A stretch of 64,000 nucleotides of DNA from positions 134,945 to 198,944 of the forward strand of contig JBAZKQ010000001.1 in assembly GCA_041650715.1 (NCBI GenBank), read 5' to 3'. How positions within the stretch are numbered: position 1 is the stretch's first letter; every line of letters begins with the position of its first letter. Of this stretch, positions 1 through 10,365 are shown piece after piece. Below the pieces are notes generated by a model. The model did not search any database. It was given only the letters and a program-made list of their open reading frames with translations, and was not told the origin of the DNA. This DNA is from Patescibacteria group bacterium. Lineage in GTDB: Bacteria > Patescibacteriota > Patescibacteriia > Patescibacteriales > UBA12465. The position numbers and the translations under genes were made by a program.

Positions 1-1249
1 GGCGACTAAGAGAATTTTGGAAGTTCCGGTTGGCGAAGCCATGATTGGTCGTGTCGTTAATCCGCTCGGTGAACCGATGGACGGCAAAGGAAAAATTGAA
101 ACCACTAAATTTTATCCGATTGAAAAAATCGCTCCCGGTGTAATTACTCGTGACCCGGTTAAACAACCAGTCCAAACCGGTATTAAAGCGATTGACGCCA
201 TGATTCCGATTGGCCGCGGTCAGCGCGAACTTATTATCGGCGATCGCCAATTAGGCAAAACCGCGATTGCGATAGATACGATTATCAATCAAAAAGGCCA
301 GAACATGAAATGTATTTATGTGGCTATCGGTCAGAAAGAATCTAAGATTGCTAATATTGTCGCGAAATTAACCGAAGCCGGCGCGATGGAATATACGACG
401 GTTGTTTTGGCTGGCGCTTCGACCTCTGCCTCCTTATTATATATTGCCCCTTACTCCGGTTGTGCGATGGCCGAATATTTCTTAGATAAAGGTGAAGATG
501 TTTTAGTCGTTTATGATGATTTATCTAAGCATGCCGTTTCTTACCGTGAAATTTCCTTATTACTCCGCCGTCCCCCGGGTCGTGAAGCTTATCCGGGCGA
601 TGTTTTCTATCTTCATTCCCGTTTACTCGAACGCGCTTGTAAATTAAATAAAGAATATGGCGGCGGCTCGATTACGGCTCTTCCGATTATTGAAACTCAG
701 GCGGGAGATTTGTCCGCCTATATTCCGACGAACGTTATTTCCATTACTGACGGACAGATTTTCTTGGAACCGGATTTATTTTATAAAGGTAATCGTCCGG
801 CGGTTAATGCCGGTTTATCCGTATCTCGTGTCGGTTCATCTGCACAGATTAAAGCCATGAAGAAAGTAGCTGGTAAGATGCGTTTAGAGGCGGCTCAATA
901 CCGCGAACTCGCGGCTTTCGCCCAATTCGGTTCCGATCTCGATGCGGAAACAAAAAAGAAATTGGATCGTGGTCAGAGATTATATGAAATCTTTAAGCAG
1001 GACCAGTATCAACCTTTACCGGTTGAGAAGCAGGTGCTCGCTTATTATGCGCTTATCAACGGCTTCATGGATAATGTACCGGTTGAAATGATGCGCGAAT
1101 TTGAAGCCGGTTTATATAAGTATGCCGATTTAAATGATGAATCTTTGAAAGCGATTGCCGAGAAGAAAGAATTAGACGAGACCATCGAAACGCAAATGAA
1201 AAAATTATTGGAAGACTATAAGAGTACGGTTGATTATTTAATTAAGTAA
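1..1249 (+). CDS. atpA: F1 ATP synthase alpha subunit (5' end outside window)
   Basis: Open frame runs from the window edge. The translation ...[17 protein letters not shown]...[18 protein letters not shown]... (P-loop) ...[22 protein letters not shown] is typical of AtpA. It is followed by atpG and atpD. Confidence 0.97.
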   Translation, partial: ATKRILEVPVGEAMIGRVVNPLGEPMDGKGKIETTKFYPIEKIAPGVITRDPVKQPVQTGIKAIDAMIPIGRGQRELIIGDRQLGKTAIAIDTIINQKGQNMKCIYVAIGQKESKIANIVAKLTEAGAMEYTTVVLAGASTSASLLYIAPYSGCAMAEYFLDKGEDVLVVYDDLSKHAVSYREISLLLRRPPGREAYPGDVFYLHSRLLERACKLNKEYGGGSITALPIIETQAGDLSAYIPTNVISITDGQIFLEPDLFYKGNRPAVNAGLSVSRVGSSAQIKAMKKVAGKMRLEAAQYRELAAFAQFGSDLDAETKKKLDRGQRLYEIFKQDQYQPLPVEKQVLAYYALINGFMDNVPVEMMREFEAGLYKYADLNDESLKAIAEKKELDETIETQMKKLLEDYKSTVDYLIK

Positions 1250-1264
1250 GAAAACGGATTTACT

Positions 1265-2215
1265 ATGGCAAAGACCAAAGAAATTTCGCGCCGCATCAAG
1301 TCGGTTACCAGTACCAAGAAGATAACGAAGGCGATGGAAGTCGTCGCGGCCGCGAAAATGAGAAAAGCAATTGAAGCTGTACTCAAAACTCGAACTTATG
1401 CAAATTTAAGTTGGGAGACGGTTTTGCATTTGGCCGCGCTTGAAGCCAGCCGCAGCGAATCTTTGCATCCCTTATTGAAAAAGAGAGAGAAAATAAATAA
1501 GGTCGCCATAATTTTGATTACTTCTAACCGCGGCATGTGCGGCGGTTATAATACGGCGGTTATAAATAAGGCGAAAGAATCGATTGCCAAGCACCCGGTC
1601 GAGACTGATTTTATTCTGGTCGGGAAAAAGGGTTCTGTGGTTCATCGCCAAAATTATAATGTGGCGGCGGAATTTACGAAAAGCGATATCTTAACTGACG
1701 CGCGCGATATTTATCCAATTGTGAAAATGGCGCTCAGTGATTACGCCCATAAAAAATACGATAAAATATTAGTCGCTTATACGGATTTCGTAAATCCGGT
1801 TAAGCAGATCCCCCGCGTGAAGCAATTGGTACCGGTTGAAGTCGAAAAAGAAGATGGCTGCCTCGGTATCGTCGGGCAGGATCCGAAAGTCGGCGTCACG
1901 ACTGAACTGGTCGGTGAGAAAAGCCAAAAACATTTAAGTGCTGATAATTATAGTTACGAATATACTTTTGAACCGAGCCCGCGCGAAGTTCTTGATAAAA
2001 TGATTCCGCGTTTAGTTGAAATTCAGCTTTACCAAGCCTTCTTAGAAGCCAACGCTTCTGAACATAGTGCGAGTATGACCGCGATGCACCAGGCGACCGA
2101 AGCGGCCAGCGATATGATTAGTGAATTAACTTTATTCTATAATAAGGCACGCCAAGCCGGTATTACCGCGGAGATCGCGGAAATTAGTGCCGGGGCGAAC
2201 GCGCTGGCTGAATAA
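1265..2215 (+). CDS. atpG: F1 ATP synthase gamma subunit
   Basis: 316 aa. N-terminus IKSVTSTKKITKAMEVVAAAKMRKA and C-terminus LTLFYNKARQAGITAEIAEISAGANAL are the conserved gamma helices. Sits between atpA and atpD. Confidence 0.93.
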   Translation: MAKTKEISRRIKSVTSTKKITKAMEVVAAAKMRKAIEAVLKTRTYANLSWETVLHLAALEASRSESLHPLLKKREKINKVAIILITSNRGMCGGYNTAVINKAKESIAKHPVETDFILVGKKGSVVHRQNYNVAAEFTKSDILTDARDIYPIVKMALSDYAHKKYDKILVAYTDFVNPVKQIPRVKQLVPVEVEKEDGCLGIVGQDPKVGVTTELVGEKSQKHLSADNYSYEYTFEPSPREVLDKMIPRLVEIQLYQAFLEANASEHSASMTAMHQATEAASDMISELTLFYNKARQAGITAEIAEISAGANALAE

Positions 2216-2221
2216 AAATAA

Positions 2222-3625
<1,404 letters not shown>

Positions 3626-3644
3626 AATTTAGACGTATAAATCA

Positions 3645-3813
3645 AGGTTTCGCGAAGATGTTTAAAGCCAGGATTCGCGAAGATGTTTAAATCCAGGATT
3701 CGCGAAGATGTTTAAAGCCAGGATTCGCGAAGATGTTTAAATCCAGGATTCGCGAAGATGTTTAAATCCAGGATTCGCGAAGATGTTTAAATCCAGGTTT
3801 CGCGAAGCGAAAC
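3645..3813. repeat. 25-bp tandem repeat array, 6 full units plus a partial seventh, between atpD and atpC
   Basis: Read directly. Units start at 3645, 3670, 3695, 3720, 3745 and 3770, with consensus aggattcgcgaagatgtttaaa[g/t]cc. The partial unit at 3795 ends in the hairpin gtttcgc-gaa-gcgaaac. Each unit carries the palindrome TTCGCGAA. Unit junctions create aatcc-a-ggatt. Confidence 0.95.
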
Positions 3814-3917
3814 AAAGTTGTTAATTTAGAATGCGAGCTATAAATATTATTTTTTAAAATTTTAATTTTGAAAAATATATATTTTAGCGAGCCCAGCTGC
3901 AAACTAACTATTAGTTT

Positions 3918-4364
3918 ATGTCTCAGAAGACAATAAAATTTGAAATTGTTACCCCCGAACGCACCGTTATGAAAACGGAGGCTTTACAGGTAACAGTACC
4001 GACCACAAGCGGCGAGATTACGATTCTTCCGGATCATATCCCCTTGGTTTCGATTTTAGCTCCCGGCGTTATTGAAGTTAAACGTAACGACAATGTAATC
4101 GAAATTATGGCCGTGTCCGGTGGTTTTATTGAAGTTTTAAAAGATAAGATTGTTATTTTAGCCGATTCAGCGGAACGCGCCGAAGAATTGGATGAAGAGC
4201 GGATTAAAGAAGCCCAGCAAAAGGCGATCGACTTAAAGAACACCGCTAAAGCGATTGATGATGTCGAATTTGCCGATGTCTCGGCGCGGCTCGAGAAGGA
4301 ACTCGCGCGTATGCGGGCCGTTAATAAGTGGCGCCGTTTGAAAAATATTGATCCTAATAAATAG
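3918..4364 (+). CDS. atpC: F1 ATP synthase epsilon subunit
   Basis: 148 aa. The N-terminal beta-sandwich pattern (KFEIVTPERTV...VTVPTTSGEITILPDHIPLVSILAPGVIEV) and a C-terminal helical hairpin are typical of epsilon. Confidence 0.9.
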   Translation: MSQKTIKFEIVTPERTVMKTEALQVTVPTTSGEITILPDHIPLVSILAPGVIEVKRNDNVIEIMAVSGGFIEVLKDKIVILADSAERAEELDEERIKEAQQKAIDLKNTAKAIDDVEFADVSARLEKELARMRAVNKWRRLKNIDPNK

Positions 4365-4419
4365 TAATTAACCAATATAATTAAAATAATCAGTTCATTG
4401 TAAAAAATAAATTATAAAT

Positions 4420-5268
4420 ATGTCAAACAAAATAGAAACACTAAACATGGAGACACAAATTATGGAGAAGGAAACGCTTACAAAGCAAGAAGAACAAATT
4501 CAAAAAGGCTGGGAAGCGTCTCGCCTGAATGAAGTCGTCAAACGCCTTAAAGCCAACGAAAATTTGCAAGAAATTATGAATTCTTTGCCTGGATTTCGTG
4601 AAGCTTTTACGGATTTAGATACGATTGATTGCTCTGATGGCCGCGTTTTGTCAGGTAAAAAAATCGGTATTGCCGGTAGTGGCTTATTATTATCTCCTGA
4701 AGAAAGATTGTTATTTATTGAACGCTTCAAAGGTAAGATAAAGGAAGTGACGACGCACCGTGATTGCGGAGCAGCGGCCATAAAATTTGCCGATTTAAAG
4801 ACTAAGTCACCGGACTTGATTCCGGCCGGTCTCGAAACGTCGGATGAATATGGTACCTATACTGGTCAAAAAATTGCTGAAGAACTGGGGGCTAAACATC
4901 GCTTTTTGGATATGCCAGAAATGGCGAGCGAATATCATAATGAGACGGCTATAGTGCTTGACGCGACCGCTCGTTTTGATTCGACGAACCTGGAAAAATT
5001 TCCTGCCCACTTTGTTTGTACCGGAGCCGGTTTGGGCTTCAGTCGTGAGTATATGAAGAGTGAGCTGGAAACCTTAGCTGGAATCGCTCTTGGCCACCAC
5101 GGTTTTGGGAAAGAACGTTTTAGTACTAATGACCCTTTCTATATTATCGTTGTCGGCAAGGATTCTTCGGAAATGGCCGCCTGGGAAAACGCCGCTACTG
5201 AAGTGGCCGCTAAGTTTGAGGGCCGAGTAGCCGTTAAAGGCTTCGTCAGTCCGGAGACCATGGAGTAA
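4420..5268 (+). CDS. Hypothetical protein with beta-carbonic-anhydrase-like Zn-ligand motifs
   Basis: 282-aa ORF followed by a terminator. Contains C71-S-D73-G-R75 and H113-R-D-C116-G-A-A, in the same order as the beta-CA CxDxR and HxxCG motifs. The rest is unrecognised. The true start could be M10 or M15. Confidence 0.6.
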   Translation: MSNKIETLNMETQIMEKETLTKQEEQIQKGWEASRLNEVVKRLKANENLQEIMNSLPGFREAFTDLDTIDCSDGRVLSGKKIGIAGSGLLLSPEERLLFIERFKGKIKEVTTHRDCGAAAIKFADLKTKSPDLIPAGLETSDEYGTYTGQKIAEELGAKHRFLDMPEMASEYHNETAIVLDATARFDSTNLEKFPAHFVCTGAGLGFSREYMKSELETLAGIALGHHGFGKERFSTNDPFYIIVVGKDSSEMAAWENAATEVAAKFEGRVAVKGFVSPETME

Positions 5269-5288
5269 AAAACTATTTGATTTTCAAA

Positions 5289-5320
5289 AGACCGCCCCAG
5301 AAAGGCGGCCTTTTTATTTT
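5289..5320. terminator. Intrinsic terminator between convergent genes
   Basis: accgcc-ccagaaa-ggcggc hairpin followed by tttttatttt. Lies between the stop at 5268 (+) and the uppP stop at 5342 (-). Confidence 0.6.
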
Positions 5321-5341
5321 AAGATGATTGTTATTTTGATA

Positions 5342-6154
5342 TTACTTCAGAAACAACCAGATGAAGACCACAAGGGCTAAGCCGATACGGTACCAGCCAA
5401 AAGGAATAAAATTATTTTTTTGGATGAATTTAATAAAGAATTTGACGCCGATAATGGCTGTGACAAAGGCGGCGACAAATCCAATCAGCCAAATTATAAG
5501 TTCATGACTACCTAAACCGAGGAGCGCATCGCGGCTTTTAAATAGATCCAGGCCGGTAGCAGCCAGCATAGTCGGTATAGCGAGTAGAAAAGAAAACTCA
5601 ACAATATTTTTCCGACTAACTCCAAGGCTTAAACCGCCAATAATTGTTGCGGCAGCGCGGGAAACGCCTGGCACGATTGCTAAAGACTGAAAGACACCAA
5701 TAATAGCTGCCTGCTTATATGATATTTTTATATCATCCTCGTAATTGGCGCCGATATTGGTCGCTTCCTTGCCGGTCATTTTTCGGGAATAGTATTTTTC
5801 AAAGATGATTAAGACGATGCCACCAAGTAGAAGTGCAGCGGCGATAATATAGTTATTGTCCAGGAGATAATTTTTAACGATTTTATAAAAAATCAAACCG
5901 ATAATTGCCGTCGGGATAAAGGCGGCCGCAATTTTTCCGATTAAATTCCAGCTGGACCAGATTTTTTTCCAGTAAAGGATTACGATGGCCAGAATAGCAC
6001 CTAATTGAATGGAGATTTCAAAAGTCTTTAAAAATTCAGTTGTCGGTATCTTTAACCATTCGCCGGCAATAACAAGATGGGCCGTTGAAGAGATCGGTAG
6101 AAATTCGGTTAAGCCTTCGATAACACCCAAGATTAAACCATGTAAGATTGTCAT
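5342..6154 (-). CDS. uppP: Undecaprenyl-diphosphate phosphatase
   Basis: 270 aa polytopic protein. The N-terminal GVIEGLTEFLPISSTAHL motif and the PGVSRAAATI motif are diagnostic of UppP/BacA. Confidence 0.93.
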   Translation of the reverse strand: MTILHGLILGVIEGLTEFLPISSTAHLVIAGEWLKIPTTEFLKTFEISIQLGAILAIVILYWKKIWSSWNLIGKIAAAFIPTAIIGLIFYKIVKNYLLDNNYIIAAALLLGGIVLIIFEKYYSRKMTGKEATNIGANYEDDIKISYKQAAIIGVFQSLAIVPGVSRAAATIIGGLSLGVSRKNIVEFSFLLAIPTMLAATGLDLFKSRDALLGLGSHELIIWLIGFVAAFVTAIIGVKFFIKFIQKNNFIPFGWYRIGLALVVFIWLFLK

Positions 6155-6158
6155 ATAA

Positions 6159-6488
6159 TTAACGATTATCGCCTGAGCCGCTAATTAAATTGCGCTCTAA
6201 GCGGGAATGAGTTTTGGCGAGATTAGTAGCGGCGACATCATCGAAATCAATTCCCAGCTCTTCGGCGAGTTGTGATAAATACCAGAGCACATCGCCGATT
6301 TCTTTTTTGATTTCTTCTTTATCAGAAGCGTTAACCTGCTTATTTTTGTCGCGCCAAATTTTCTTTATTTTCTCGGAAACTTCGCCGGCTTCGCCCATCA
6401 GGCCGAGCGCCGTGTAAATAAAGGCAATTTCCGGGTCGGGGAAATGTGCTGTCTCCTTAGCTTTCAATTGATATTCGCGGAAAGTCAT
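6159..6488 (-). CDS. MazG-like nucleotide pyrophosphohydrolase
   Basis: 109 aa. GLMGEAGEVSEKIKK...EIGDVLWYLSQLAEELGIDFDDV matches the EExxE/D MazG helix pattern. Confidence 0.85.
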   Translation of the reverse strand: MTFREYQLKAKETAHFPDPEIAFIYTALGLMGEAGEVSEKIKKIWRDKNKQVNASDKEEIKKEIGDVLWYLSQLAEELGIDFDDVAATNLAKTHSRLERNLISGSGDNR

Positions 6489-6601
6489 ATTATTTTGATT
6501 ATAGTTCCATTTTATCTGAATTTGGGGAATAAATAAAGCGCTTTCTGTCTGGCGCTTTTTTTGCTATAATTAACTTAGTAATTTAGTGTATATTTTTCAT
6601 T

Positions 6602-7078
6602 ATGATCAGTAAAAAAATCAAAAAAAATATCAAGAAAAAACCAGTTGTGGTCGCTGTTTCTGGGTACTTTAATCCTCTCCATGTCGGTCATCTCGAAATG
6701 ATTGCCATGGCTAAGAAATTAGGCGATAAGTTGGTGGTTATCATAAATAATGATAAACAAGTCAAACTTAAAGGTAGAGTGCCCTTTATGTCTGAGAAGG
6801 ACCGCATGAAAATAATAGCGGCACTGCGTGATGTCGATCAGGTCGTACTCGCGATTGATGATTATAAGTTGGCTAATGGCGAAATACCGGTGATTAAAAC
6901 ACTAACCAAACTTCGTCCCGATATTTTTGCTAACGGCGGGGATCGCCATAATCTTATTAACGTTCCTGAATATCCGATTTGTCAGAAGTATGGCATTCAA
7001 ATAGTCGATGGACTGGGCAAAAAAATCCGCGCCAGTTCGGAACTGATTAAACGCGCTGCCGTCATAAATAAAAAATAA
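6602..7078 (+). CDS. Cytidylyl/adenylyl-transferase family protein (TagD / RfaE domain II-like)
   Basis: 158 aa. VVAVSGYFNPLHVGHLEM carries the HxGH nucleotidyltransferase signature. A TGcTATAAT extended -10 lies at 6562-6570. Confidence 0.8.
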   Translation: MISKKIKKNIKKKPVVVAVSGYFNPLHVGHLEMIAMAKKLGDKLVVIINNDKQVKLKGRVPFMSEKDRMKIIAALRDVDQVVLAIDDYKLANGEIPVIKTLTKLRPDIFANGGDRHNLINVPEYPICQKYGIQIVDGLGKKIRASSELIKRAAVINKK

Positions 7079-7080
7079 TT

Positions 7081-7968
7081 ATGGCCTTAACCAAATTCGG
7101 TAAATATTTATTGCTTATTGGCGTTGTTATTTTGCTGGCCGTGGCGACCAAAGGGGTTTTATATTTGCGTGCTCTGAGACATCAGCCCGCCCCCGCCCCG
7201 GTCACCTTAAAAGCCGAAGAAACCTTAAAGATTATTGAGGGCTGGACGAGCCGCGATATCGCCGATTATTTACAAAAAAGCGGTATTTGGACCAGCACTG
7301 GTTTTTACGAAATTGCCGGCTACCCTTTGCGTGATTATCGGCAAACTAAAAATAAGGATAATGCTCAGCCAAAAGATTTTTCCGCTCAATTTAGTTTTTT
7401 AGCTGATAAACCAACTTATTTTGGTCTTGAGGGCTATCTATACCCGGATACCTATCGTGTTTATGCCAGTTCAACCGTGACGGAAATTATTGAAAAAATG
7501 CTGATTAATTTCGATGCTAAGCTGACGCCCCAGATGCGAGCCGACATCAAGGCACAGGGCCGAACAATCTATGAAGTGATTACGCTGGCCTCGCTGGTTG
7601 AGAAAGAAGCGCCAATCAACTATCAATCCGCCGAGAATAAGGACGCCCATATTATCGCCGGCATATTTTTAAACCGGATTGCTATCGGCCAGGCCCTGCA
7701 ATCGGACGCTACTCTCTCTTATATTTACGGTGACAATAAGCCGGCGCATAGCGGCGACGAACTTGATAGTACTTCTCCCTATAATACTTATAAATATCGC
7801 GGCATGCCGCCTGGTCCGATCTGTAATCCGGGGATAGTCGCTATTGAAGCAGCCATATACCCGGCAGAAACTAATTATAATTATTTTTTAACGACACCGG
7901 ACGGGCGAGTTGTTTATGCGCGGACATACGATGAACATCTAAATAATAAATATAAATATTTAAAATAA
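7081..7968 (+). CDS. mltG: Endolytic murein transglycosylase MltG (YceG-like)
   Basis: 295 aa. N-terminal TM helix, then LEGYLYPDTYRV, LASLVEKEA and YNTYKYRGMPPGPICNPG motifs of the YceG family. Confidence 0.9.
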   Translation: MALTKFGKYLLLIGVVILLAVATKGVLYLRALRHQPAPAPVTLKAEETLKIIEGWTSRDIADYLQKSGIWTSTGFYEIAGYPLRDYRQTKNKDNAQPKDFSAQFSFLADKPTYFGLEGYLYPDTYRVYASSTVTEIIEKMLINFDAKLTPQMRADIKAQGRTIYEVITLASLVEKEAPINYQSAENKDAHIIAGIFLNRIAIGQALQSDATLSYIYGDNKPAHSGDELDSTSPYNTYKYRGMPPGPICNPGIVAIEAAIYPAETNYNYFLTTPDGRVVYARTYDEHLNNKYKYLK

Positions 7969-7977
7969 GTAAAATTT

Positions 7978-10338
7978 ATGTTTGAGGGTCAAGAGACGAT
8001 AATCCCGTCTCAGCCAGCGGCCAACTCGGCTGTAAATGAATTCACAGAAAAAAAACCTCTGAAAAAAATTCTGCTCCTGGGCGGATTGGTTTTGGGTGTG
8101 CTGGTTCTCGGCTTTGGTATTTGGTATGGAGTGAGCAAATATTTTACTAAAAAAGCTTCACCCATTCTAACGCCAGTCGTAGTTGAAACGGCGAGCACTT
8201 CTCAGGGCGCTTTGCCGAATTTAACTATGCCGGGTATAGCTTCGACGACTATCGCCACCTCAACTTTTTCTAATATTGCCGTCGAGTACTTATCCTTTGC
8301 CGATTTTTACAAATCACCGGACAACAGCATCGTAACAAAGTTTAGCGATTATGAGCTGCCGTTAAACGTTAAGATTGATGTGTTAAATTATTATGATTTA
8401 TCGCGTAAATTGAGTCTTGACCCGGTCGTTGGTAATCTTAATACCAACGGCTTTGCCATTATCGACAATCCCTGGGCTAAAGAGGCTCCCGATTTTTATT
8501 CCATCTATACGAAGTTGGAAGAGAGGCAGATTCCTTTTTTTATTTCTTCTGATTTGATTTTATATTACTACCAAACGACTTTGAAAAAGGTCTTTAAAGA
8601 TATCGAGGAAAATATTTTTTATGATAATCTTTGGAATATAAATAAAGACTTATATAATTCTGCTAAAAATCGCTATGAGTCGCGCCTCGCTTCAATCGGC
8701 AATATCAATGACTCGATTCTTGAGGGAGAAAGATTGGAGGCGGCTTATTTCGCGGTGGCCTTAGAACTGCTTAAACCGGCCAACGATCAAATCGCTCCGA
8801 AGGGAACACTCGACGATAAGAATAAATTTGTGACGACGGAAACAGAACGTTTTTATTTTGTTACCCCGCCTTATTTAAAGGATGACGTTTTGCGGGAAGT
8901 TAAACTAATTAGAGAGGCTAATGAAAATACCAAGTCGCCCGTGATGCTTTACACCCGTAATTACCGGGATTTCGTCGTGCCAAGCGACTATCGCGGTAAT
9001 GCGCGTTTAAATAATTTTTATTTAACCACGAAATGGTTGAACTCAGTTTTTCCCCTTAACTATATCGATAAAAATTGTCCGAAGTGCTTGCTTGATAAGG
9101 AGGATTGGCGTCTCGGCATGATTGCCGCCAGCTTTATTTCGGCGGATTTTTCTGATTCGCCCGAGTTAAAGAATGAGTGGGCCCGGATTTATAAAGTCAT
9201 GTCTTATTTTAATCCTTTGCGCGAAGATTTGAATTATGTTTTTTATCGCGACGCGCTGCGATCCGTTTTTGGAGAAAAATATGATATCGAGGAATTATTT
9301 GGCGATAAAAATCCGGAAGCAAAAAATAATCTGCAAAAGTTGCAGGCGAAATTAAATGCTCTTGAGTTTTCGCCCTTTTTAGGCGCGATTGATAAGGCTG
9401 ATCCGGCCACTAATTATCGTCTCGGCTTTAAACTCCTGGTTGAGCCATATCCGCCGAACGATTATATATTGACCCACTTGACTTACCCGACGGTCGACGC
9501 CTTCTTGGGAACTTCCACGAAAGCGAATAACCTTAGCGCCTGTTCTTTGAACAATAAAACGAGGCGCTGCAACGGAATTGCCCTCGACGTGATTAATCTA
9601 ATTGCACCGGTTACCGGCAACGATTATTTTTCGGAAAACACAAATTATTTTAATTATAGTGCCGAGTCAAAAAACTTGGTTGAAAAGTTAAATGCCGATT
9701 CGGTTTGGCATACGACCAATTATTGGTCTACTCTGGCCGCCCTCTCTGCCTATTTAAACATAAATCAAAAGTCACAACCGCTTTTTGCGCAGACTCTTGC
9801 CTGGCACGAGCACAGCCTAAATACCGCACTCGGTGCCTGGGTTGATATGCAATTACCGCTTGATAAATTTTCGGTTATGCAGCAATTCAAGGGTCAAGGC
9901 TTTGACGATTTTTCGCGCTTTAACGATAATTCTTACGTGGAACCGAATTTAAATTTATTGAATGAGCTCATGGCTAATGATCAAATGATGCAGAAAATGT
10001 TTAGCGCGCTCCAAGTTAATCAGGAGGTGGTCTCGGTTGCGAATGCGCTCACGGCGGCTTACGATAATTTAAATTCGCTACGCTCCGTCGTTATCAAGGA
10101 ATTAAGCGGAGAAGCACTCGCTCCGGAAGATAATGAAATTATAAGCAATTTTGCCAAGCAACTAACTATTGAAGGCGCAAGCGGCGGAACAGAAGAGTTT
10201 ACTTTAAAAACGGCCGCTGCCCGTAGCGGTCTTAAAGAAAATTTGGGTCGCCTGCAACTAATGGTAGTCGTCCATCAATCCGGCGCCAACAAGGTCTTTT
10301 CCGTCGGGCCGATATGGAATTATTCCGAGACCCGCTAA
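7978..10338 (+). CDS. Large membrane-anchored extracytoplasmic protein, function unknown
   Basis: 786-aa ORF with a single N-terminal TM helix (ILLLGGLVLGVLVLGFGIWYGV). No motif I can name. Confidence 0.7.
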   Translation: MFEGQETIIPSQPAANSAVNEFTEKKPLKKILLLGGLVLGVLVLGFGIWYGVSKYFTKKASPILTPVVVETASTSQGALPNLTMPGIASTTIATSTFSNIAVEYLSFADFYKSPDNSIVTKFSDYELPLNVKIDVLNYYDLSRKLSLDPVVGNLNTNGFAIIDNPWAKEAPDFYSIYTKLEERQIPFFISSDLILYYYQTTLKKVFKDIEENIFYDNLWNINKDLYNSAKNRYESRLASIGNINDSILEGERLEAAYFAVALELLKPANDQIAPKGTLDDKNKFVTTETERFYFVTPPYLKDDVLREVKLIREANENTKSPVMLYTRNYRDFVVPSDYRGNARLNNFYLTTKWLNSVFPLNYIDKNCPKCLLDKEDWRLGMIAASFISADFSDSPELKNEWARIYKVMSYFNPLREDLNYVFYRDALRSVFGEKYDIEELFGDKNPEAKNNLQKLQAKLNALEFSPFLGAIDKADPATNYRLGFKLLVEPYPPNDYILTHLTYPTVDAFLGTSTKANNLSACSLNNKTRRCNGIALDVINLIAPVTGNDYFSENTNYFNYSAESKNLVEKLNADSVWHTTNYWSTLAALSAYLNINQKSQPLFAQTLAWHEHSLNTALGAWVDMQLPLDKFSVMQQFKGQGFDDFSRFNDNSYVEPNLNLLNELMANDQMMQKMFSALQVNQEVVSVANALTAAYDNLNSLRSVVIKELSGEALAPEDNEIISNFAKQLTIEGASGGTEEFTLKTAAARSGLKENLGRLQLMVVVHQSGANKVFSVGPIWNYSETR

Positions 10339-10365
10339 TTATTAGAATCCTCTAATTATTAGACT

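Noticed and set aside
3645-3813. The 25-bp repeat array considered as a CRISPR array
   Set aside because: The units are directly abutting with no unique spacers. There are no cas genes in the window, and 25 bp with no spacer periodicity is not CRISPR architecture.
3645-3917. The tandem repeats plus terminal hairpin considered as a type III (ToxI-like) RNA antitoxin
   Set aside because: The downstream gene is a normal atpC, not a ToxN/AbiE-type endoribonuclease. No toxin ORF lies nearby.
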